Positions 60,744 to 64,000 of a stretch of 64,000 nucleotides of DNA are shown piece by piece. The notes beneath the pieces are model-generated. The model was given only the letters and a program-made list of their open reading frames with translations, made no database searches and was not told where the DNA came from. The first letter of the stretch is position 1, and each line of letters opens with the position of its first letter. Both the position numbers and the translations under genes were made by a program. The stretch spans positions 124,001 to 188,000 of IMG/VR virus record IMGVR_UViG_3300042326_002445, one strand, 5' to 3'.

Positions 60744-61428
60744 TACAAGCAAGTATGGATTTAGAGACTTAGTTCAATCAATATATGATGTTGATTTGTC
60801 TAATCTTGATACAGTTGATGCAAAAAAGAATTTAACTTTAGGTAATGATACAAAAACTTCACTACATAAAGAGTTTTATAAAAAAATAGATGCTGGTTGG
60901 CCAGAATTTATGAACTTATATACTTCTTTTGTATCAGAAGTTGTGCACCCTATGTTTGAGGATGACGTTCTTGTTTATCAAAAAACTCCAGGCATAAGGT
61001 TTTGCAGACCTGGAGCTAAGGCGGTATATAAGTGGCACTCAGATGGAGATGCTGACCATAAGCACCCTCTTGGAGAAGTGAATGTGTTTTTGCCTTTGAA
61101 CAAATGCTTCGACACAAATTCTGTATGGTTTGAGACTATACCTGGCATGGGAGATTGGCGTCCACTAGAAATGGATTATGGTCAATTGTTTATAGGTTAT
61201 TGGAATCAGTGCAGGCATGGAAACAAAGAAAATTCTACGGGAAAAACGAGAGTCAGTTTTGATTTTAGAGTTATTCCAGGTTTTGCTTACGATGAAAATT
61301 GTACATTGCAGAGTTGCACAACTAAGCAAAAATTTGTTATTGGAAGTTATTATGAAAAGATAAAAAGAGATCCGACACCATCTATGTATGACCCAGTGGA
61401 AAATGCAAAACTAGGAGCAGCATGCTAG
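60724..61428 (+). CDS. StrG-like / Fe(II)-2OG dioxygenase-fold protein
   Basis: YQKTPGIRF, WHSDG (HxD), NVFLPL, HGN...TRVSFDFR. Confidence 0.65.
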   Translation: MKIINYDTSKYGFRDLVQSIYDVDLSNLDTVDAKKNLTLGNDTKTSLHKEFYKKIDAGWPEFMNLYTSFVSEVVHPMFEDDVLVYQKTPGIRFCRPGAKAVYKWHSDGDADHKHPLGEVNVFLPLNKCFDTNSVWFETIPGMGDWRPLEMDYGQLFIGYWNQCRHGNKENSTGKTRVSFDFRVIPGFAYDENCTLQSCTTKQKFVIGSYYEKIKRDPTPSMYDPVENAKLGAAC

Positions 61429-62087
61429 ACCCAAATCAGTACGAAGCCAGTCTTCTCAAGCATATGATGAATCGGTATGATTTGAATGATCCATGGGAAG
61501 TCGTTGATACTTTTGAAAATATTATTGCTAGTTACTCTGGAAGTAAATATGCAGTATCAGTTGACAATTGTACTGATGCCATGTTTTTGTGTCTTAAGTA
61601 TTTAAAGGCTGATGGAGTGATTGAAATACCCAAAAGAACATATGTATCTGTTCCATGTACAATTATAAATGCTGGCTGCAAAGTTAAATTTATTGATATA
61701 GCGTGGAGTGGAGCCTACAAGCTTAATCCTTACAATGTTTACGATTCAGCAACAAGAATGAAAAGAAACATGTACGTAGAAGACTCTTATTATTGTTTGT
61801 CTTTTCATAGGAGAAAGCATATACCGATAGGCAAAGGCGGAATGATATTGACTAATAATAAAGATGCCTATGAATGGTTTAAGGTTGTCAGATACGAGGG
61901 AAGACACATGGACAGGTTATACAAAGATGATCATTTTGATCAAATTGGATGGAATATGTATATGACTCCAGAACAGGCGGCAAAGGGCATATATTTATTC
62001 GATAAACATGTAGTCGATGACAACCCAGATTTAGAAACTTCTGGTATACATAAGGACCTATCAGAATATTCCATTTTCACAGCTTGA
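61422..62087 (+). CDS. DegT/DnrJ/EryC1/StrS PLP aminotransferase, short form
   Basis: FENIIASYSGSKYAVSVDNCT, YDSA, SFHRRK, GGMILTN; only 221 aa. Confidence 0.8.
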   Translation: MLDPNQYEASLLKHMMNRYDLNDPWEVVDTFENIIASYSGSKYAVSVDNCTDAMFLCLKYLKADGVIEIPKRTYVSVPCTIINAGCKVKFIDIAWSGAYKLNPYNVYDSATRMKRNMYVEDSYYCLSFHRRKHIPIGKGGMILTNNKDAYEWFKVVRYEGRHMDRLYKDDHFDQIGWNMYMTPEQAAKGIYLFDKHVVDDNPDLETSGIHKDLSEYSIFTA

Positions 62088-62095
62088 GGTTTAAT

Positions 62096-62845
62096 ATGTT
62101 CTCTAAAAAAGATGTAATTAAAAAAATATTGTTGACTTGTAGTTCAGCAAAGGAAGGTCATGTTCCAAGTGCGCTTTCTATATTGGATATTTTATATGTT
62201 GTATATAGAGACTACGTATCCTTAGAAAAAGGAAGATTTGTACTATCAAAAGGTCATGCATCAATAGGGCTTTACGCAATTCTTGATTATTTTAGCATGC
62301 TTGAGGAGCCTATTGAAAACTTTTGTAAGTTTGATTCAAAACTTGGAGGACATCCATCTTGCAGACTTAATCATGTTGAATGCTCGACTGGATCATTAGG
62401 GCATGGTATGCCATTCGCTCTTGGAATGGCAATGAGTGAGAAAATCAAAGGTTCTGATAAAAAAGTTTTTACTATTATTGGAGATGGGGAATCGAACGAA
62501 GGGACTATATGGGAAACAGCCCTTCTTGCTAGCCATCATAAAGTAAATAATTTCTGTTGCATATTAGATCATAATCATTCTACCGACAGGGCTCTTGATA
62601 TAGGCAACATGATTCAAAAATTTAAATCCTTTGGTTGGATGTGCAGTAAAGTGAACGGTCATGATTTGACAAACTTATCTAAAGTTCTTAAGAAATCAGA
62701 TCCTGAAAAGCCGCACTTCATACTCGCTCATACGGTAAAAGGAAAAGGCATTAAATGCATGGAGAACAATCCAGAATGGCATCATAAGTCTCCAAGTCAA
62801 ATAGATTGTGATAACATGATTAAGGAATTATATGAAAGCGTCTAA
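62096..62845 (+). CDS. transketolase N-terminal (TPP-binding) subunit
   Basis: GHVPSALS, FVLSKGHAS, STGSLGHG, GDGESNEG..WE, TVKGKG. Confidence 0.9.
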   Translation: MFSKKDVIKKILLTCSSAKEGHVPSALSILDILYVVYRDYVSLEKGRFVLSKGHASIGLYAILDYFSMLEEPIENFCKFDSKLGGHPSCRLNHVECSTGSLGHGMPFALGMAMSEKIKGSDKKVFTIIGDGESNEGTIWETALLASHHKVNNFCCILDHNHSTDRALDIGNMIQKFKSFGWMCSKVNGHDLTNLSKVLKKSDPEKPHFILAHTVKGKGIKCMENNPEWHHKSPSQIDCDNMIKELYESV

Positions 62846-63677
62846 GAGTTTAATTATTAATACTAGAGAATATGGCATGTTTTCTAGTCTTCTGCAAATT
62901 ATAGATAATTTAAAGTTTTGCGAGCTTAATAATATGAAGCCAATATTAAATATTGGTGATAAATTTTTGTATCGCGATGGTCCAGAAAACCCTTGGAGTC
63001 ATTATTTTAAGCCTATCAATGACGGAGTCGCAGAGGGAGAAGTTTACGAAGTTTCTCAGTTAACAAAAACAGCTAACTTCTTTCTAGAAAATTATGTGAT
63101 GACTCAGCCATCCATTCATGACTATAGGCTAAAATTGTGGAATATGATTGCAGACAGAGACGATCTTCTGGCTCATCGCCAGGACATAAAAGCAATGCTT
63201 GATAAGTACGTTAAGCCATTGCCTGCAATTACAGATGAAGTAAAGAAATTTGCCAAAAAACATTTTAAGAAAGATAGTGTTCTCTCAGTTCACATCAGAA
63301 GTACGGATTATAAGTTTGTGAATCTTCCCTTGCTTATAGATAGAATCAAAAAGATTCAGCAGCAAAACAATTACGACAAGATATTTGTAGCTTCAGATAG
63401 CTTAGAGGCTATTATGGGTATATACAACGCATTTCCTAATGTTTGTTACTATGAAACTAATTTAAGGTGCGAAAAAATTGATTCGCCCAAGCCCCTGTGC
63501 CACATTGTATTTGGTCAAGACAAAATAAGGCATGGGAGAGACGCTATTGTAGAGTGCCTACTACTTTCTAAGGGTAAAGAAATAGTGTGTATTAATTCTA
63601 ACGTTGCTGGAATGGCTTGCTATCTAAATCCAGAAATGAAAATACATTTAATGCAAAGACAAGTGCATGGGGGATGA
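62832..63677 (+). CDS. NodZ/O-fucosyltransferase-like (GT-B) protein
   Basis: SVHIRSTD, IFVASDS, AIVECLLLS...SN. Confidence 0.7.
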   Translation: MKASKSLIINTREYGMFSSLLQIIDNLKFCELNNMKPILNIGDKFLYRDGPENPWSHYFKPINDGVAEGEVYEVSQLTKTANFFLENYVMTQPSIHDYRLKLWNMIADRDDLLAHRQDIKAMLDKYVKPLPAITDEVKKFAKKHFKKDSVLSVHIRSTDYKFVNLPLLIDRIKKIQQQNNYDKIFVASDSLEAIMGIYNAFPNVCYYETNLRCEKIDSPKPLCHIVFGQDKIRHGRDAIVECLLLSKGKEIVCINSNVAGMACYLNPEMKIHLMQRQVHGG

Positions 63678-63687
63678 TAAATTGGAA

Positions 63688-64000
63688 ATGAGTCAAATTG
63701 TAAGTATTTCAGAATCTATAAGAAAAAAATTTCCCACTAGATGGGAGTGTCAAACTCCAAGAGAATTTTTTTACATGTATCATTTAATAGATGAGTGCAA
63801 CAATATTGATGGAGCTTTTGCAGAAATAGGTGCTTATCAGGGTTTTACAAGTGAATTTATTTTCTTAATTAAGAAAAAAGAAAAACGTTTTTTTGTCTGT
63901 GATACGTTTACTGGCTTGCGAGACGTTGGAGAGCATGACCGTTATTTAGATATACCTAATGGTGGTTTAAGTGTTGGAGTTGAAGAATTCTGCAACATGA
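63688..64000 (+). CDS. TylF/MycF-like O-methyltransferase, 3'-truncated by the window edge; not in the ORF track
   Basis: Hand translation: MSQIVS...IDGAFAEIGAYQG...FFVCDTFTGL..., open to the end of the window. Confidence 0.7.
   Translation, partial: MSQIVSISESIRKKFPTRWECQTPREFFYMYHLIDECNNIDGAFAEIGAYQGFTSEFIFLIKKKEKRFFVCDTFTGLRDVGEHDRYLDIPNGGLSVGVEEFCNM

Noticed and set aside
1-64000. Stop-codon reassignment (alternative genetic code)
   Set aside because: Code 11 gives near-complete coding density with full-length conserved enzymes; TAG and TGA both end genes and neither tRNA is a suppressor.
1-64000. Eukaryotic giant virus or cellular chromosome origin
   Set aside because: SD sites, sigma70 promoters, a sigma factor, TilS and operonic overlaps indicate a bacterial expression system; the absence of housekeeping operons and the CCA-less tRNAs favour a phage. 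No capsid or terminase large subunit gene is seen in this window, so this remains an inference.

Overview
AT-rich, gene-dense 64 kb segment that reads as part of a large (jumbo/huge) bacteriophage genome. Supporting signs are bacterial SD sites and sigma70-type promoters, two CCA-less tRNAs, a RuvC-like resolvase, a phage-type sigma factor and scattered single metabolic genes. It translates fully in the standard code. There are three blocks. (1) 1-28899: one co-oriented, start/stop-overlapping run ending in three giant ORFs (1936, 3947, 2671 aa). The 2671-aa protein is a string of Cys-bounded modules joined by poly-Ser linkers: propeller repeats, a Hint/intein-like domain lacking the terminal Asn, and two planctomycete-style dockerin/EF-hand modules. 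(2) 28976-47114: host-takeover and accessory genes, including a MoxR ATPase plus metallopeptidase-vWA pair, two deaminases, a sigma factor, a SET-domain protein, an M43-like protease, TilS, GMP reductase, a ferritin-like protein, tRNA-Ser and an SNF2 helicase. (3) 47144-64000: a large glycan synthesis and modification island (glycosyl-, methyl- and sulfotransferases, DegT, transketolase N-subunit) interrupted by tRNA-Gln, a 2H phosphoesterase and hypothetical genes. The best candidate for an undescribed system is a self-processing, Ser-linked, dockerin-bearing giant virion fibre decorated by the phage's own glycosylation island. A second candidate is a set of stand-alone genes with shared N-terminal peptides (MNWY...) and a shared upstream motif set back-to-back with a second promoter class. 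All family calls come from motif recognition by eye; no searches were run.
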